Positions 14,830 to 16,819 of a stretch of DNA of 16,819 bases are shown piece by piece. How positions within the stretch are numbered: position 1 is the stretch's first letter; each line of letters begins with the position of its first letter. The notes beneath the pieces were generated by a model. The model worked only from the letters and a program-made list of their open reading frames with translations, was not told the origin of the DNA and did not search any database. Position numbers and translations under genes: made by a program. The DNA comes from Candidatus Micrarchaeota archaeon. GTDB taxonomy: Archaea > Micrarchaeota > Micrarchaeia > Norongarragalinales > SBBD01. The DNA lies in the NCBI GenBank assembly GCA_038046605.1, contig JBBSVW010000090.1, positions 1-16,819 of the forward strand. The letters run 5' to 3'.

Positions 14830-15258
14830 CTACCTCTTCGGCTTTTCCTTCTTCTTTAATCTTAGCTGATCGAGGTTGATCCCATTGACCGCAACGACCT
14901 TGTAGCGGATGCCGGGGATCGAGCCCATCTGCCCGCGCTGGGAGCCTCCAAGGCCCGCAATTGTGACCTCGTCGTGCTCATCAATCTGCAAGATGGCCTT
15001 ATCCTTAGGCGCGTGGGCACCGACCTTCTTTCCATTCTTGATGAGTTGAACCCTCACGATCTTGATGATCCCCGAGTGTGGCTGCTTTTGCTCAGCGCCT
15101 TCCTTCTTGAGGACGATTCCCTTGGCAAGGGGAGCCCCTTCAAGGGGATCGTATTTGGCCTTCAAGCCCAGGGCCTTGCGTTTCCATGGCTTTTTGAGCC
15201 ACCGCTTGGCCTGCCTATCGCGCCTAAGTTTCCTTCCAGCAAACAAGCCACGTGCCAT
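14830..15258 (-). CDS. rps12: 30S ribosomal protein uS12 (archaeal S12/S23)
   Basis: GLFAGRKL, DPLEGAPLAKGIVL, KQP, VRVQLIKNGKKV, IDEHDEV, IPGIRYKVV, KKEKPKR. Confidence 0.97.
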   Translation of the reverse strand: MARGLFAGRKLRRDRQAKRWLKKPWKRKALGLKAKYDPLEGAPLAKGIVLKKEGAEQKQPHSGIIKIVRVQLIKNGKKVGAHAPKDKAILQIDEHDEVTIAGLGGSQRGQMGSIPGIRYKVVAVNGINLDQLRLKKKEKPKR

Positions 15259-15375
15259 AAATTTTCACCAAATAATTGATTTTCGAATTGGCTCCAAATT
15301 GGGCCAATTTTTTCATCCATTAATAAATTTTCAAACCTTCAACGCCATCCATCCAAACCCAGATTTTTCCCTTAA

Positions 15376-15819
15376 TTAAAAACGCCTATATTCGCCTTTT
15401 GTCACAATCCTGACATCATCAAAATCAAAATACCTCTTTCCCAGGAGTTTGGCGCGCTTGATTTTCTCGCCATTCCTCCCGATTGCAAGTCCCCTGTCGG
15501 CATTTTCCACCAGCACCTCAAGTGCGCGTTTGCCGTTCTCATCCTTTTCCGCAAGTCCTTTAATGACCGCGGGATGGAGGAGCGAACCAAAAAACTGCTC
15601 CTTGCTGTTTGGGCTTTTCACGATTTCAACATGCTTGTTGAATGCCCGCTCAAGCCTTGAAATGTTTGCCCCCTGCTTTCCTACAGCCCTTCCGAATTCC
15701 GAATCCGGAACGGCAAAAATCAAACTTTCGGTTTCCGAAATGACATCATTTGCCCTAGCGCCGGTCATCTGCTCGAGAAGGTTCATCAACTGGAGATCCT
15801 CCATCGTGAGCTTTTGCAT
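15376..15819 (-). CDS. nusA: Archaeal NusA (two KH domains)
   Basis: GRAVGKQGANISRL and GLAIGRNGEKIKRAK KH motifs. Canonical position between L30e and uS12. Confidence 0.95.
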   Translation of the reverse strand: MQKLTMEDLQLMNLLEQMTGARANDVISETESLIFAVPDSEFGRAVGKQGANISRLERAFNKHVEIVKSPNSKEQFFGSLLHPAVIKGLAEKDENGKRALEVLVENADRGLAIGRNGEKIKRAKLLGKRYFDFDDVRIVTKGEYRRF

Positions 15820-16128
15820 CTAATTCTTTGCACCGCTTGCCGCATCCAATATTTCCGAATTGCCGGCCTCAATTATGCTTATGACTGAAACGGGAAATGG
15901 CTTTCCGCAAATCGTGCCAAGTTCAAGGCTAGTGCCATCAAATTCAATTACCGGCACATTTGAAAGCTTGGAATAATGCTCAATATCGCGAACCGTGTTT
16001 TTTGGGATGTTTTTAGCCAGGACAATGATTTTAGCGCTCCCCATGAGTGCCATCTTCCTTGCCTTGTCCGTTCCAAGTTCCACTTTTCCGGTATCAACCG
16101 CGCGCCGGATTGCCTTGTTTAGATCCAT
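15820..16128 (-). CDS. rpl30e: 50S ribosomal protein L30e (eL30)
   Basis: AVDTGKVELG...LAKN.P...GTSLELGTICGKPFPVSVISIIEAGNSEIL. ATG 16128 with GGTG SD. Confidence 0.96.
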   Translation of the reverse strand: MDLNKAIRRAVDTGKVELGTDKARKMALMGSAKIIVLAKNIPKNTVRDIEHYSKLSNVPVIEFDGTSLELGTICGKPFPVSVISIIEAGNSEILDAASGAKN

Positions 16129-16308
16129 AAATTTTGCACCAAATGAATGATTGTTTTTTATTGAAAGGTTGCCCCAAAAGGCATTAACCCTCAACTCGCA
16201 TAACCCCTATTGAACATGGGAAAAGAAATCTCAGAAATGAGTTGGTTCTCAATCCACTGAGCTGCAGCGGATTACTCCCCGTTTGGAGATTTAATGTGAG
16301 GATTCTCG

Positions 16309-16316
16309 TTTATAAG
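16309..16316 (-). promoter_or_regulatory. Putative TATA box (CTTATAAA) for the L30e-nusA-uS12-uS7 operon
   Basis: TATA-like element on the minus strand about 180 nt upstream of the L30e start. No upstream rpoA gene in this region. Confidence 0.4.
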
Positions 16317-16440
16317 GGTTGCGATTAGAAAGAAAAAAGTAGGGCATTTCTGCCCATAGGTTTTTATACGAAAACGTCTCAATAAAATGGCTCAAACAAG
16401 TTATAGAGAGAAAAATGTTTTCCGGATTTTCCAGTTTTTT

Positions 16441-16512
16441 TTATTTCATTGTTGCTCCTAGCATAAATGCTAAAACAGCAATTATTGCTATTGCGAGGAC
16501 TATTGTCCGCAT
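16441..16512 (-). CDS. Unannotated 23-aa single-TM micro-protein MRTIVLAIAIIAVLAFMLGATMK
   Basis: Strong SD GGGGTGA 6 nt upstream of ATG 16512, a continuous hydrophobic helix, and TAA at 16441-16443. Confidence 0.55.
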   Translation of the reverse strand: MRTIVLAIAIIAVLAFMLGATMK

Positions 16513-16706
16513 ATTTTTTCACCCCTTTTTTTCAATATTTCCTTTTCAGAAAATAAGCTTGATAAGTGCATCACGTGTCGCACGTTCCCACATATATGCG
16601 CAAAGCTACTATCCAACGAAATCACCCTCAAATTCCCACGGATTCGTTATATCAATACAATATCGATACAAATAACTTGTATTTAAATATATCGAATGGA
16701 AAATTG

Positions 16707-16819
16707 ATGAAAATGGGATTCGTTGATTGGATCCTAACTGGATTCCGAAGAAAAAGGTACTTGAAATCGCCATACCTAATCGAAATTAGGCTTTCTGGAC
16801 CGGTAAAATTTTACACTAA
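16707..16819 (+). CDS. 5' end of a probable CDS running off the window (MKMGFVDWILTGFRRKRYLKSPYLIEIRLSGPVKFYT...)
   Basis: Open frame to the window end with TTTAAATA at 16682-16689 upstream. Too short to assign a family. Confidence 0.45.
   Translation, partial: MKMGFVDWILTGFRRKRYLKSPYLIEIRLSGPVKFYT

Noticed and set aside
16415-16675. 86-aa + strand ORF
   Set aside because: No SD or motif, and it is antisense to the SD-supported 23-aa micro-ORF.
1-16819. tRNA/rRNA genes, transposases, integrases, proteasome genes
   Set aside because: No cloverleaf or T-loop, rRNA-like stretch, or matching protein motifs were recognised by eye.

Overview
This is archaeal chromosomal DNA: it carries rpoK/rpoL, dtdA, hjc, nurA, archease, bud32 and L30e-nusA-uS12-uS7, with GGTGA/GGAGG ribosome-binding sites and TATA-like boxes. 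The divergent uS12 and broken canonical operons suggest a DPANN-type lineage, which is an inference only. The centre (about 4.3-9.5 kb) holds an apparently complete eukaryote-type ubiquitylation locus: a UBA3-like E1, a winged-helix + C4HC3 RING putative E3, an Rpn11/CSN5-like JAB protease, a ubiquitin-like protein ending in GG with K11/K48-equivalent lysines, and an HPN-Cys E2. Unknown accessory ORFs are interleaved. Three locus proteins, including a 39-aa ORF missed by the ORF track, share a KP[KR][IV]V motif. The locus runs into nurA and lies near hjc, which suggests a link to DNA repair. Other oddities are a duplicated archease 5' end with a GC hairpin, a 23-aa membrane micro-ORF, a PNSA->PHSG change in uS12, a mucin-like PEGA glycoprotein and an 18-bp tandem repeat next to a TATA box. 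All family calls come from motif recognition by eye; no searches were run.
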